Positions 45,025-56,227 of a stretch of DNA of 64,000 bases are shown piece by piece. Position numbers and translations under genes: made by a program. Every line of letters starts with the position of its first letter. The first letter of the stretch is position 1. The DNA is taken from positions 1 to 64,000 of the IMG/VR virus record IMGVR_UViG_3300009169_000018; one strand, 5' to 3'. Origin of the DNA: an uncultured virus (IMG/VR IMGVR_UViG_3300009169_000018) (taxonomy: Duplodnaviria > Heunggongvirae > Uroviricota > Caudoviricetes). A model generated the notes under the pieces. It saw only the letters and a program-made list of their open reading frames with translations, had not been told where the DNA came from and made no database searches.

Positions 45025-46300
45025 ACTAGAAGAAATTGTCGTCACTGCTAAACCGCTACCTACAGACGCACATGTAGATACACGCGATTTTCGCGTGCAT
45101 TCTGTTGCTCTCGTTGCAGCCAATGCCGACGCTTATGAAATCGGTGGCATGGTTTCCGAAATTCAACTTCGGCAGGACATGTACCTAGGCATTATGAGTG
45201 GTGAAATACTCGTAACAGACGGTCGCGACATGATCGCAAAGACCGGAGCGCATGGCGGCGAATACCTTTATTTGCACCTAGAAGTTCCGGAACAGAACAT
45301 CTTCATCAAGAAAGCATTCCGCATCTACAAGATCGGAAACCGCTCACCGGCAGATTCGACACAGCATTACGTGATCTACTTCATGTCAGACGAGTTGTTC
45401 AACTCTCATACGATCAAGATCAATAAGGCATATCAGAACACGACCATATCCGAGATTGCTCGCGATATCATGGTCAACTATCTGAAAATTCCAGCCAAGA
45501 GGACGTTTATTGATCCCACCTCTGAGCCAATCTCACTGATCATTCCGAATTGGCGACCAATTGAAGCACTGAATTGGTTGGCTTCCAGAGCATACACCGA
45601 GTCGGATACGTGCTACATGTTCTATGAGAATTTCTACGGATTCCACTTCCGTTCTATTCAGAGCATCTACCGCTCACCAACTCTTATCAAGGTTCCGTTC
45701 AGCTTGGAAAATAAGCGCGGTATGAAGCAGTTGGACATGGACAAGTTTGCCATTGATGAATATCAAGCCGTGCGGGACTTTGACATTCTATCCACAGTTA
45801 GTTCTGGTGGATATGCTATGTCGTTGTTGGGTGTGGATCCTATCAATCAGTCGATGACGAAGAACACGTACAATCCTAACCAGATCAAAAAGCTCTACCC
45901 AAATGCTCCAATGAGCGATGGTGGAGAGCTATTCAAGAAATACAGCACTCATGCGCTCACCTATCTACAAGCAGACGGTATTGAAAATTGGATCAAGCGT
46001 ATCATGAGTCTTGCTCTTCTCAACAGTTCCGTTTATGAAGTAACTGTTCCCGGTAACATGGGATTGAATGTCGGAACCATGGTCAACCTACGTATTCCAT
46101 ACACCGTGACACCGGCTGAAGGTGACATGTGGGATAAGAACAAGGGTGGTAAATTCATGGTTGCCGCAACCAATCACAAATTTGATCTAGTCAACCATAA
46201 GTACAGTTCCCTCATGATGGTGGCTAGGGATTCCCTACCGGAATCCGTTCCCGCCTATGATAAGACTCTACCTGACAAAATTGCGAAGATGAACACATGA
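45014..46300 (+). CDS. baseplate hub protein (gp27-like)
   Basis: IIPN..P, FYE...GF.F.S, PGN..L.VG; position before gp5. Confidence 0.65.
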   Translation: METELEEIVVTAKPLPTDAHVDTRDFRVHSVALVAANADAYEIGGMVSEIQLRQDMYLGIMSGEILVTDGRDMIAKTGAHGGEYLYLHLEVPEQNIFIKKAFRIYKIGNRSPADSTQHYVIYFMSDELFNSHTIKINKAYQNTTISEIARDIMVNYLKIPAKRTFIDPTSEPISLIIPNWRPIEALNWLASRAYTESDTCYMFYENFYGFHFRSIQSIYRSPTLIKVPFSLENKRGMKQLDMDKFAIDEYQAVRDFDILSTVSSGGYAMSLLGVDPINQSMTKNTYNPNQIKKLYPNAPMSDGGELFKKYSTHALTYLQADGIENWIKRIMSLALLNSSVYEVTVPGNMGLNVGTMVNLRIPYTVTPAEGDMWDKNKGGKFMVAATNHKFDLVNHKYSSLMMVARDSLPESVPAYDKTLPDKIAKMNT

Positions 46301-47343
46301 ACGACATGCGCTACTTTCTAGGCAAGGAAGGATTCATCTGGTGGATGGGTGTGGTCGAAGACCGCAACGATCCGGAACAGTTGGGTCGCGTGCGCGTGCG
46401 CTGCTTTGGCTGGCACACGGATGATAAGAGTTTGATCCCCACAGATGCATTGCCTTGGGCGCATCCTGTGCATCCGGTTTCTGTGCCAGCCTCTTACACT
46501 CCGAAAGAGGGTGATTGGGTTGTGGGTTTCTTTGCGGATGCCAACTCCGCGCAACACCCGGTCATTCTCGGCGTACTCACCGGCAAGCCTAAGCTCAAGC
46601 CGGATACCGGGCTAGGCTTCTCTGATCCCGCAGGCGTGTATCCAAAGCGGCTGAATGAGTCTACGATGAACCGTCTGAGCCGTGGTCGCAAGGACGGTAC
46701 GATTCATGAGACTCGCTCGCGCAATCTCAAGCAGGGAGTGAAAGTAGTCGGTGGTTCCACATGGAACGAACCAGAGCCTACCTTTGCTCCGCAGTATCCA
46801 TTCAACTTCGCGATTGAGTCTGAGTCAGGTCACTCATTTGAACTGGATGATACCACAGGCGCAGAGCGCGTTCACCTAGCACATAAGAACGGAAGCTACA
46901 TTGAGTTCGATGCGCAGGGCAACCGTGTCGAGAAGATTGTCAAAGACAAGTTCACAGTAGTCGTCGGCAACGATAGCGTTTCCATCGACGGCGTGTGCAA
47001 CATCACGGTCACTGGCGACTGCAACCTCAAGACGGGTGGAAGCCTCAATATCGAAGCGGCTAAGAACGTCAATATCTCCGCAGGCAAGGATGTTCGCATC
47101 AAAGCCGGTGGCAAGTTCATGGCAGAAGGCAACACCGTGGACGTAAAGGGCAAGGGTGCCGTCAAGGTAGGCGGCGGTGGCAAGTTGTCGCTCAAGGGCA
47201 AGTCCACGGCTGTCCAAGGATCGTCCGTCACTCTCGGTGGCAAGGTATCCAACAAGGTCAAGACTAAGCATGGCATTGGCAAGATTCTGCCGACCGGCTC
47301 CGCAGCCTCTCCATCTAACACCGGCTTGAAGAGTCCATCATGA
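46297..47343 (+). CDS. gp5: baseplate central spike gp5 (no lysozyme domain)
   Basis: GVVEDRNDP..LGRVRVR, ESGH.FE.DDT...ER, beta-helix repeats. Confidence 0.9.
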   Translation: MNDMRYFLGKEGFIWWMGVVEDRNDPEQLGRVRVRCFGWHTDDKSLIPTDALPWAHPVHPVSVPASYTPKEGDWVVGFFADANSAQHPVILGVLTGKPKLKPDTGLGFSDPAGVYPKRLNESTMNRLSRGRKDGTIHETRSRNLKQGVKVVGGSTWNEPEPTFAPQYPFNFAIESESGHSFELDDTTGAERVHLAHKNGSYIEFDAQGNRVEKIVKDKFTVVVGNDSVSIDGVCNITVTGDCNLKTGGSLNIEAAKNVNISAGKDVRIKAGGKFMAEGNTVDVKGKGAVKVGGGGKLSLKGKSTAVQGSSVTLGGKVSNKVKTKHGIGKILPTGSAASPSNTGLKSPS

Positions 47344-48983
47344 TGAAGACCATCTACGAACAAGCAATCGCCGCTCAGAAAGCCATCTTCGATATCATGA
47401 ATGGTCGTCGGGGTGGTTTGACTAAGGCTGACGTAATTCCGTTCGAAGACACCATGAATGGGCTGTCGGGTGAAATCGTCAATCTGGAACCGGACCTACA
47501 ACGAGTCATTCAGAACAACAACGTCGAGATTATCGCAAGAGGCAACTCTGCGGGTGTGTCCGTCGAGCTTCATGACTCCGTGCTGCCGAAGGAAGACCGT
47601 GCCAAGACCGAGTTTGATGTAACCACACTCACGGCAAAGCAGTTGTATCCACGCACCGAAAGTGTGCAGATCATACGGGATGATATGGGAGACAGTCCGA
47701 CTGTCACCGTAGCAAATGTAGCTACATTTGTTGCAAATGTTACTACGGATACCATCGTCCTTTCCGAAGAGGACGAGATTGATCCTGTGTTCGAAGAGAT
47801 AGATCAGGAAGCCGAGGATCAGGTCGAAGAGCCTCTCGCAACGCAACAGAATGAAACCGTACCGTATCTCTCGGATGCGATGACGCAGCTTGCTCTGACA
47901 GCCGCAGCCAATGCCAATGGGTTGCAAGCAGGTCTGACTACCTTCTCGTACAACCCGCTCGCATCACTGATTGACAACACTAAAGCACTACTGCTCTACT
48001 ACACCGAGAACAACTACGCCAATCTGAATACTGCGTTGTCGGGTGTGAACAACGATCCGTCCCTATCCTCTCAGTGGAAGGAGCTACAGAACTCCATCGG
48101 CGGTAACGATGGTCTGTCAGCCGCCGTCGCTCAGTTGGACAACTTCAAGGATCACACCGACCGGCTATCCGGACTGGTGTTGGATGAAGACTCTCCGAAT
48201 GCCGAGCCGACCGACGATTCGGTGGACGACTTCCTCACCCTGAATGACTTCTCGGGTGGTCCAACCCTGATCTTCTCGTTCAACGCTCGCAAGTTCCGTA
48301 GCGCAAAGTATCTCATTCAGGCATCGGCTGACCTCACGGATCGTGGGCATCAGGGTACGGAAATCTACATTCTGCATGACAATCACCACGCATTCACCCG
48401 CGAAGTGACTGGCATCTATACGCAGGAGCCGTTTGTCACGTACACCACGCGCCTTTTGAACAATAACGTGGAGGTCTTTGCCACTTCCAACGTTTCTAAC
48501 ACTAATTTCGTGATCACTGGCACCCGTCTACAGATTGCGAAGGCATCCAAGACCTATGCCGAAATGAGCCAACAGAAGGTCATCGAACTCCACGAACTCA
48601 TGGCAGTCTATCTGGACGACGGCGTGGACTACGTTGCCCTTTGCTCTGCGTCCTTGCTCATGCCGTCCCTTGTGGCTAATCTCGGTCGAGAGTTCCGCGA
48701 CATGTTGAACACCATATCGAACGGTGGATTCTTGTCTCAGTCTACGCCTCAGAAGCAGGCTGGATTGCTCCAATGGGCATCTACCCTGCGCACTCGTTGG
48801 GGAGAGATTCAGGCTCAGATGGATGCCGACTGGAACAACTTTGTGGAAACGCGGCGCAAGACGGAAGCGTTCGACATTGCCTACAACCTGACGGTCGCAT
48901 ACACCGACGAGAGTGGCAATGCCATTCCGTCAGCAACGCTAAATAGTGCGACAATCCAAGCTATTGAAGCAGATGAGGAATGA
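47340..48983 (+). CDS. hypothetical structural protein
   Basis: 547 aa, coupled within baseplate cluster; FRSAKYLIQ motif. Confidence 0.6.
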   Translation: MMKTIYEQAIAAQKAIFDIMNGRRGGLTKADVIPFEDTMNGLSGEIVNLEPDLQRVIQNNNVEIIARGNSAGVSVELHDSVLPKEDRAKTEFDVTTLTAKQLYPRTESVQIIRDDMGDSPTVTVANVATFVANVTTDTIVLSEEDEIDPVFEEIDQEAEDQVEEPLATQQNETVPYLSDAMTQLALTAAANANGLQAGLTTFSYNPLASLIDNTKALLLYYTENNYANLNTALSGVNNDPSLSSQWKELQNSIGGNDGLSAAVAQLDNFKDHTDRLSGLVLDEDSPNAEPTDDSVDDFLTLNDFSGGPTLIFSFNARKFRSAKYLIQASADLTDRGHQGTEIYILHDNHHAFTREVTGIYTQEPFVTYTTRLLNNNVEVFATSNVSNTNFVITGTRLQIAKASKTYAEMSQQKVIELHELMAVYLDDGVDYVALCSASLLMPSLVANLGREFRDMLNTISNGGFLSQSTPQKQAGLLQWASTLRTRWGEIQAQMDADWNNFVETRRKTEAFDIAYNLTVAYTDESGNAIPSATLNSATIQAIEADEE

Positions 48984-49375
48984 TGGCAGTCACCAAACGA
49001 CAATTCAGCGACATTGACCTCAACTTTACGGCTCACCCTATTACCGGGGATGTGGCTAAGAAGGTGGGTGACGATGCCATTATTCAGTCGATTGTGACCC
49101 TTCTGCTTTCTGGAAAGTATGAGAGGTTGATGCAGCCGAATATCTATTCCAACCTCAAAAGAAATCTGTTTGAGCCGTTGGATAGTATTACCGCATCGTC
49201 CCTCAAGAATGAGGTCGAGTCTGTTATCGGTAAGTATGAGCCTAGAGTCAGTCTGACCGAGGTTAATGTGACACCAGACTATGACAACAACGGATACACA
49301 GTTACCATAACCTTCTTCATTGTCAATCAAACGAATCCTATTACGATTGACCTATTCCTAGAGAGAATTCGATAA
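48980..49375 (+). CDS. gp25: baseplate wedge gp25
   Basis: DIDLNF..HP.TGD, ER..P, LFEP, YEPRV. Confidence 0.92.
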   Translation: MMAVTKRQFSDIDLNFTAHPITGDVAKKVGDDAIIQSIVTLLLSGKYERLMQPNIYSNLKRNLFEPLDSITASSLKNEVESVIGKYEPRVSLTEVNVTPDYDNNGYTVTITFFIVNQTNPITIDLFLERIR

Positions 49376-49527
49376 TGAAAACGTTCAAACAACTAAGAGA
49401 AGGCTTGATGTATCAGGGTAAGCCTATGCTACCCAAGACCAAAAAGCCAGAACAGACGGTCAAGAAAGCCACTGTCGGTGGTCACAAGACGTTCCAGAAG
49501 AGAGCAAGTAGGAAGATCGGACAATGA
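49375..49527 (+). CDS. 50-aa basic peptide (MKTFKQLREGL...)
   Basis: Read by hand; coupled to gp25 stop and gp6 start. Confidence 0.6.
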   Translation: MKTFKQLREGLMYQGKPMLPKTKKPEQTVKKATVGGHKTFQKRASRKIGQ

Positions 49528-51578
49528 CCACGCCAACCAAGATCACAGAACTGGACTTTGACACGATCAAAGCCAACCTCAAGGAATACCTCAAGACGCA
49601 GCCGGAATTCACCGACTACAACTTCGACGGTAGTGGCTTGAGTATTCTGTTGGACGTTCTAGCCTACAACACGCACTACATGGGCTACTACATGAACATG
49701 ATGGCTAACGAAATGTTCATCGACACCGCACAACTGCGGCAGTCGGTGGTTAGCCATGCAAAACTTTTGGGTTACACGCCTCGCTCTCGCGTGGCATCCC
49801 AAGCAACGATCAATGTCGCGTTTCAGGAAGTCATGGGCGGTTCCAACTCCGCAATGACCCTGCCTAAGTTCACCAAATTCACCTCGGCACCCAAGGATTC
49901 CAAGTCCTACACGTTCGTCACGGTCGAGCAGCGAGTCGCTTCTAAGAACAACGCAGGCTACTTCAACTTCGAAAACCTACAGATCAAGGAAGGCAACCCT
50001 GTCTCCTATGTCTTCACCTATGACGCTCAGACTAATGAGAAGCAAGTGTTCGTTCTGCCAGATGTGGGCATTGATACGTCCACGCTGACCGTTCAGATCC
50101 AGAAGAGCGCAACGAACTTCTCACTGGAAACCTTCGAACTCGCGCAGGATGCCACCACGGTTGTCTCAGATGCGCCAGTCTATTACCTAGAAGAGAATCG
50201 CAACGGTCGCTATCAGATCAGCTTCGGTGACGGTATTCTAGGTGCAGCCCTAGAGAACGGCAACATCGTGATCGTTTCCTACGTGGTGACTTCCGGTGAC
50301 TCAGCCAATGGCATTCGCACCTTCAAGCTCTCCGACAATCCAATGCCGGGAGCAGCCGTCACCATCGTTCTCTCCACTGAGTCTTCATCGGGTAAGCTAG
50401 AGGAAACCACCGAGAACATCAAGTTCACCGCACCCAAGAGCTTCATTGCTCAGAACCGTGCCGTAACTAAGAACGATTACGTAGCACTAATCAACAAGAA
50501 CTATCCTTACTTCGACTCGGTTGCGGTATGGGGCGGCGAAGAGAACGTTCCGCCTGTCTACGGCAAGATTTTCTTCTCGGTCAAGCCTCGCGGCAACTAC
50601 GAAGTCACTCAGTCCGAGATTCAGCAGCTAAAGGATGAAGTCCTTGCGCCTATCTCCGTACTGACCGTCACGCCTGAGTATGTCGCACCTGACTACAACT
50701 ACATGAACTTTGTGGTTGATGTGGTCTATGACCCTCGCAAGACCACTAAGACCGCAGGCGGCATTCAGACAGCCGTGTACAACGCAGTTCTAGGATTCTC
50801 CGAAGACTATCTGAATACGTTCAACAACACGTTCAAGATGAGCAAGCTGATTCGTGCGGTGGACGATGCGGATCCTTCCATTGAGAACAACTCCATTCGC
50901 GTCCTCATTGAGAAGCGGTTCCGTCCATTGCTCAATCAGGCTAAGTCCTATAAGATCGACTTCTACGTGCCTCTCAAGAAGGGAACGGCACTGGATCGAC
51001 TCTACTCCGAGCCATCGTTCGGATATGTGGACGAGTTCAACATCGAACGTGTCGCATTCATCGAAGAAGTTCCTCAGTCCTTCACCGGCATTGACGAAAT
51101 CGAAGTGCTTGCGACCGGCGACCAGTATACCTCCATCCCTACGATCACTATCGAAGGCGACGGGCAGGGTGCGGTTGCGCAAGCCGTCATCGTCAACGGC
51201 AAACTCAAGAGCGTAGTCGTAACCAACTCCGGTTCAGGATACTCGGCTGCGGTGGCGCGTGTCGTCGGTGGCGAAGGTTCTGGCGCAGAACTCCGTTGCG
51301 TATTGCAGGGTAAGAAGGGTTCGCTACGAATCTTCTACTACGATGCGAACAACATCAAGCGCGTGATCAACCAGAATGCAGGCACGATCTACTATGACGA
51401 TGGCTATCTGGTTCTGGATAGCTTCATGCCAACCTCCATTTCGGACCCGTTCGGCACGCTAGTCTTCAAGGCAAATCCAAATACGAACGTCTTCTCCACG
51501 ACCCGAAACGCAATCCTGACTCTGGACACCACAGATCCAGCCGCAATCGACATTAGAGTTAGCGCGGTATCGCAGTAA
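49524..51578 (+). CDS. gp6: baseplate wedge gp6
   Basis: LDFD.IK.NL, DYNFDGS, LAYNTHY, QNRAVT..DY, WGGEEN.PP.YG. Confidence 0.95.
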   Translation: MTTPTKITELDFDTIKANLKEYLKTQPEFTDYNFDGSGLSILLDVLAYNTHYMGYYMNMMANEMFIDTAQLRQSVVSHAKLLGYTPRSRVASQATINVAFQEVMGGSNSAMTLPKFTKFTSAPKDSKSYTFVTVEQRVASKNNAGYFNFENLQIKEGNPVSYVFTYDAQTNEKQVFVLPDVGIDTSTLTVQIQKSATNFSLETFELAQDATTVVSDAPVYYLEENRNGRYQISFGDGILGAALENGNIVIVSYVVTSGDSANGIRTFKLSDNPMPGAAVTIVLSTESSSGKLEETTENIKFTAPKSFIAQNRAVTKNDYVALINKNYPYFDSVAVWGGEENVPPVYGKIFFSVKPRGNYEVTQSEIQQLKDEVLAPISVLTVTPEYVAPDYNYMNFVVDVVYDPRKTTKTAGGIQTAVYNAVLGFSEDYLNTFNNTFKMSKLIRAVDDADPSIENNSIRVLIEKRFRPLLNQAKSYKIDFYVPLKKGTALDRLYSEPSFGYVDEFNIERVAFIEEVPQSFTGIDEIEVLATGDQYTSIPTITIEGDGQGAVAQAVIVNGKLKSVVVTNSGSGYSAAVARVVGGEGSGAELRCVLQGKKGSLRIFYYDANNIKRVINQNAGTIYYDDGYLVLDSFMPTSISDPFGTLVFKANPNTNVFSTTRNAILTLDTTDPAAIDIRVSAVSQ

Positions 51579-54500
51579 TGGCAACAGCAGAGAAAACAGT
51601 ATCCGCGTTGATCAACCGGCAGTTGCCGGATTTCATTCGTGCGGACCATCCTAAGTTCAAGCAGTTCCTTGAAGTCTACTACCGTTGGCTTGAGGACGAG
51701 AGCAAGGGTAATACTGTCTATCACATCATGCGGTCTGGTGAGTATCGGGACATTGATACCACGTTGGATCCGTTCATTCGCCTGTTCAAGCAGGAACTCC
51801 TACCGTACTTTCCTGAACGCTCTGAGCTTGATCTGATCAAGATCCTCAAGGGTGCGCGTAGCTTCTACGTCAAGAAGGGTTCCGAAGAGTCCGTCAAGTG
51901 GCTGTTCCGGGTTCTGTTCGGGCAGGATGTAGAAGTCTACTATCCTAAGCAGCAGATTCTCATTGCCTCGGACGGTAAGTGGAAGCAGCCCAAGGCATTC
52001 CAGTTGACGCTATCGCAAGCCAATCAGGGCATCGACGCGAACCTTCTGGAACGTCACAAGGCTACCGGTTCTATCTCTAAGGCTACTTGCGTCATCGAAA
52101 GCGCGAATCGCACCATTGACCGTACCTTCGGAACAGAAATCCTTGAACTGTACGTGTCGAACGTTCAGAAGACATTCACCAATGGTGAGAACCTTGAGAT
52201 TCCTTACGTCGATGAAAACGGCGTGGAACAGGTATTCATCGAAAAGATCATCGGCGCGATTTCGAACATTCTTGTCGATTCCAACATTCGTACAGACCCA
52301 CAGCAGAAGCGCAGAGGTCTTACGTACAACGTGGGCGACCCGATTGTGGTCTTTGGTGGTCTGGCTAACACTGCCGAAGCGAAAGATGCTGTCGCAGTGG
52401 TTGGCAACGTCACCGTGGGATCCATCGAAGGTCTACAGGTCATCTTCCCCGGCTACGGCTATCGCGTCTACTCCAACACAGAAACGGTAGTCTATCGCAG
52501 TACGGGTGACGATCCCGCAGCCAACACCTCGACCGACATTCGCGTTGTGGGTATCAATACGTTCGATTCAGGTACCAACTCACAAGCCAAGTTCATTGAG
52601 ACTGTCTCGGTAGACAAGCTGCCGATTGAGTACATGGCATCCGTCCTGATCAATGCCGGTGACTATGCGGTGATGACGGGTAACAACCGCAACATCGTGT
52701 TGTCTGTAAACAACGACGGCGACCCATGGTACAACAACGAACGAGTCTATGCGAACGGTGCTTCCTACGAGACTGCGAACTTCACCGCACAGGTTCTTAC
52801 CGCGAATAGTGGTTGGGCAGGCGGTCCTGCGCAGATCATTCTCTACAACGTAGCGAACACCGTTCCTCTCACGACCTCGGGCTTCCTTGTCGGCACAGAC
52901 AAGCTTATCTCGACCGAATCAGGTTCCGTCTTCAATGTCGCGTCCGTGGTGGCTCAGAGCATTCCAGCCAACTCGGATTCGCAGATCATTCAAGCTCTCA
53001 CCTACGAGTCCATTGAGACTGGTGGTGTCGCGCTCTACAACATCATCAACGGTGGCTATGGATTCAGATCTACGCCTCAGATTACCACTAAGTCCTATTA
53101 CGATACTTTCTTATCGGAAAACTATGCCTACGGAACTGCGAACAACGCACTCTACCGGCAGGAGATTGGAGTCTTCGGTAAGGTCGCGCACATCTACATC
53201 AACAACCCCGGAACCGGCTATGCGAACGGACAGGCAATCGTAGTCACCGGTCGCGGCTATGGCTTCACTGGTTACGTCAACGTCAATGCGACTGGCGCAA
53301 TCATGACTACCACGATCACCAATCGCGGCGAAGGCTATACGGGAACGAGAAGCGTTTCCATCACTGGCGGCGGATCGGGCGCGGCACTCACGGCATACGG
53401 CTTCGGAGAGGGTGTGACCATCGGTGTCGAAACGGGTGCAATCGGTCGCGTCCGTGACGTTCGACTCACCTATCGCGGATTCGACTATATCAACACGCCT
53501 CTCGTTTCGTTCAAGGTCATGGACATGATCATCGACGGAATTCTGGAAGCAGAATCCCTGTCCGAAGGCGAGCGCGTCTATCAGGGTGCGACTCTTGAGA
53601 CTGCAACTTTCCAAGGCATCATCAAGTCCTACAACCGTTCGACTCGGCTATTGCGCCTCTTCAACTTCTCAGGTGCATCCTACTCTTCCTTCAACAAGAC
53701 GCTAGAGTTCACCTCTGAGGGTGGCGTGAAGTTCTTTGTCGATCCGGATCCTGCTTCGCGAGTTCCGGCACCGGCAGACTATCCGCCTAGTGTCGTTTCA
53801 GCCGGTCTAGACAATCCATGGTTCTACGGCAACGGCAAGGCTAAGGGTATCGCAGAGTTCTTTGCCGGTCTGATTCAGTTCACCGGCTTCTACCTCAACA
53901 CGGACGGCTTCCTCTCTTCGGACAAGAAGATGCAGGACGACAAGACTTATCACAATTACTCCTACGTCATTGAGTCTGAGAAGAGCCTTGCTGAGTACGA
54001 GAACACGATGAAGGATATCGTCCACCCTATCGGCATGTCCATGCTCGCGAAGATGGTCGCTCGTTCGGAACTGAGAGAAACGATTCTCACCAACTCCATC
54101 GTTTCCATCAATCCGGTCAACCCTGTGGGTTCGACGGTTTCCGTGGCTAACTCAGCCAATGCGAAGGTCACAGGAACCTCCACTGAATTCACGGATGCAA
54201 CCGTGGGTGACATGCTCTGGATCATCGACACGGATAACGAACTACGGAGTCAAGCCAAGGTCATCGTAGCCATCGACTCGGATACCTCGCTCAACGTGGA
54301 ATCCAACTTTATCTACGTCGGGCAGGGCAAGTTGAGCATTACCTCGGCTTGCACCACAGCATACATCACCGGCAATGTGAATGTAGTCGGACACTTCATG
54401 CAGACGGGCGACCGCATTCGCTTCAATGTCGGCAACACCACGAATCCGGTCTTCGAAAGCTATACCATTACCCTCGGATCCGGTAATGCAATCTCCCTAA

Positions 54501-54598
54501 ATAATGCAGCGAACACGACCAATACGGGTCTGGTCTATCTTGTGGTGCCAGATTACACCGGCAACTATGACTATGAAATCATCAAGGTAACGGAATAA
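51578..54598 (+). CDS. gp7: baseplate wedge gp7-like
   Basis: QLP.F...F..FL..YY, FY..KG...S, QD..Y..YSY, HP.G. Confidence 0.75.
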   Translation: MATAEKTVSALINRQLPDFIRADHPKFKQFLEVYYRWLEDESKGNTVYHIMRSGEYRDIDTTLDPFIRLFKQELLPYFPERSELDLIKILKGARSFYVKKGSEESVKWLFRVLFGQDVEVYYPKQQILIASDGKWKQPKAFQLTLSQANQGIDANLLERHKATGSISKATCVIESANRTIDRTFGTEILELYVSNVQKTFTNGENLEIPYVDENGVEQVFIEKIIGAISNILVDSNIRTDPQQKRRGLTYNVGDPIVVFGGLANTAEAKDAVAVVGNVTVGSIEGLQVIFPGYGYRVYSNTETVVYRSTGDDPAANTSTDIRVVGINTFDSGTNSQAKFIETVSVDKLPIEYMASVLINAGDYAVMTGNNRNIVLSVNNDGDPWYNNERVYANGASYETANFTAQVLTANSGWAGGPAQIILYNVANTVPLTTSGFLVGTDKLISTESGSVFNVASVVAQSIPANSDSQIIQALTYESIETGGVALYNIINGGYGFRSTPQITTKSYYDTFLSENYAYGTANNALYRQEIGVFGKVAHIYINNPGTGYANGQAIVVTGRGYGFTGYVNVNATGAIMTTTITNRGEGYTGTRSVSITGGGSGAALTAYGFGEGVTIGVETGAIGRVRDVRLTYRGFDYINTPLVSFKVMDMIIDGILEAESLSEGERVYQGATLETATFQGIIKSYNRSTRLLRLFNFSGASYSSFNKTLEFTSEGGVKFFVDPDPASRVPAPADYPPSVVSAGLDNPWFYGNGKAKGIAEFFAGLIQFTGFYLNTDGFLSSDKKMQDDKTYHNYSYVIESEKSLAEYENTMKDIVHPIGMSMLAKMVARSELRETILTNSIVSINPVNPVGSTVSVANSANAKVTGTSTEFTDATVGDMLWIIDTDNELRSQAKVIVAIDSDTSLNVESNFIYVGQGKLSITSACTTAYITGNVNVVGHFMQTGDRIRFNVGNTTNPVFESYTITLGSGNAISLNNAANTTNTGLVYLVVPDYTGNYDYEIIKVTE

Positions 54599-54599
54599 T

Positions 54600-56216
54600 A
54601 TGAGCAAAGCAGCCATCACTCCACTTCTCAAGTTTGAGATTGTGGAAATCATCAAAGCGAACGTGTTCCCTACCTATGCGAACACGTACCTCTGCATTGG
54701 TCGCCCTACCCGTTGGGGTGACGATGCTGACCCTGAACTCGCCACTGAAATCGAAGATGTGGTCTACTCGACCAACTACATCAACCAGACCTTCCGCGAC
54801 ATGATCGCAATGAAGCGAGTCGCTGCGGCTGACACAGCCCTCGTTGTGCCTCGCGTGGATTGGGTCACTGGAACCCGCTACGACGAATATCGCGACGGTC
54901 TGGAACTCTTCTCCCATACCGACAAGCTGACTCTAGGCGGCACGGTCAATGCTTCCGCGAATCTGATCACCACCAACACGGCTGTCTTCACCGGCAGTAT
55001 CTCGGTAGGCAACACGATCACCCTCAATGCCGAGAGCAGGCAAGTAGTGGGTGTGAATGCCACGCACATTGTCGTCAACACTAATTTCACTTACGCTGTC
55101 CTAGACGGCACCGTTGTCCGCACCGACAACACCTATCCTCACTTCGCGAACACGTTCTACGTGCGCAACTCCAAGGATCAGGTCTTCAAGTGCCTGCACA
55201 ATGGCGCAGACAATGGTGTAGGCTTGCAATCCACCATTGAGCCTACCATTGACATTGACGGGCAGTTGCCTGAGAACCCATGGATTTCAACCTCGGATGG
55301 CTACAAGTGGAAGTATCTCTACACGATTCCTTACGGCTTGAAGCAGAAGTTCTTCACTCGCACATGGATGCCTGTGGTGGACGACAACGCGGTGGTCGCA
55401 GGGTCTACTTCCGGACGTATCGACATTGTGGAAATCCATGATGGCGGCACCGGCTACTTCCTCGACAACGGCGAATCGGGTAACGTCAGTTCCCTATCCA
55501 TCATCACGATTGAGGGTGACGGTGTAGGTGCGGTGGCTACAGCCAGAATCGCATCGGGTGTCATCACCGAAGTCAACATTCTCAACGGTGGATCGGGCTA
55601 TACCTATGCCGAAGTGGTGGTGAACGATCCTGACCAGTTGCCTACGGGTAATCTAGCCAACCTAGTCGCATCCATTTCTCCTCCGGGTGGACACGGATTC
55701 AATCCTCGCAAGGAACTCGGATGTTACTCAGTCATGACCTCGGTTGACTTTGTGGGAACCGAGACTGACACGATCCCGGTTGGCACGGACGTAGTTCCGT
55801 TCGACTTCCGCCAGATTGTTCTGTTGCGCGACCCTATGCTCGCTAACGGTATCTTTGCCAACGGCAGTGTGTATCGCACAACGACCAAACTGAGCCTGAC
55901 GGACCCCGGTACATCCAACTACACCAACGACGAAACCGTGTACATCGGAACGAGTGAGGAAGACTCCACGTTTACCGCAACGGTGGTCAATTGGGATCCT
56001 AATACGAATGAGTTGTTCGTCAACAACATTCGGGGCGAGCCGACCATCGGATCTACCCTGACGGGTGGCGTTTCAGCCGCAACCTCGACCGTTCTTGGAG
56101 TCGAAGATCCTACCGTAGCCCTGTTTACGGGAGATCTCCTATATATTGAGAACAGAGACAAAATCGTTCGCGATGCCGACCAGACCGAGCAAATCAGACT
56201 CGTTCTATCATTCTAA
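54600..56216 (+). CDS. gp8: baseplate wedge gp8
   Basis: PRVDW..G..Y, VFKCL.N, DGYKWKYLYTI, YIENR. Confidence 0.85.
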   Translation: MSKAAITPLLKFEIVEIIKANVFPTYANTYLCIGRPTRWGDDADPELATEIEDVVYSTNYINQTFRDMIAMKRVAAADTALVVPRVDWVTGTRYDEYRDGLELFSHTDKLTLGGTVNASANLITTNTAVFTGSISVGNTITLNAESRQVVGVNATHIVVNTNFTYAVLDGTVVRTDNTYPHFANTFYVRNSKDQVFKCLHNGADNGVGLQSTIEPTIDIDGQLPENPWISTSDGYKWKYLYTIPYGLKQKFFTRTWMPVVDDNAVVAGSTSGRIDIVEIHDGGTGYFLDNGESGNVSSLSIITIEGDGVGAVATARIASGVITEVNILNGGSGYTYAEVVVNDPDQLPTGNLANLVASISPPGGHGFNPRKELGCYSVMTSVDFVGTETDTIPVGTDVVPFDFRQIVLLRDPMLANGIFANGSVYRTTTKLSLTDPGTSNYTNDETVYIGTSEEDSTFTATVVNWDPNTNELFVNNIRGEPTIGSTLTGGVSAATSTVLGVEDPTVALFTGDLLYIENRDKIVRDADQTEQIRLVLSF

Positions 56217-56227
56217 GAGAGTAACCC

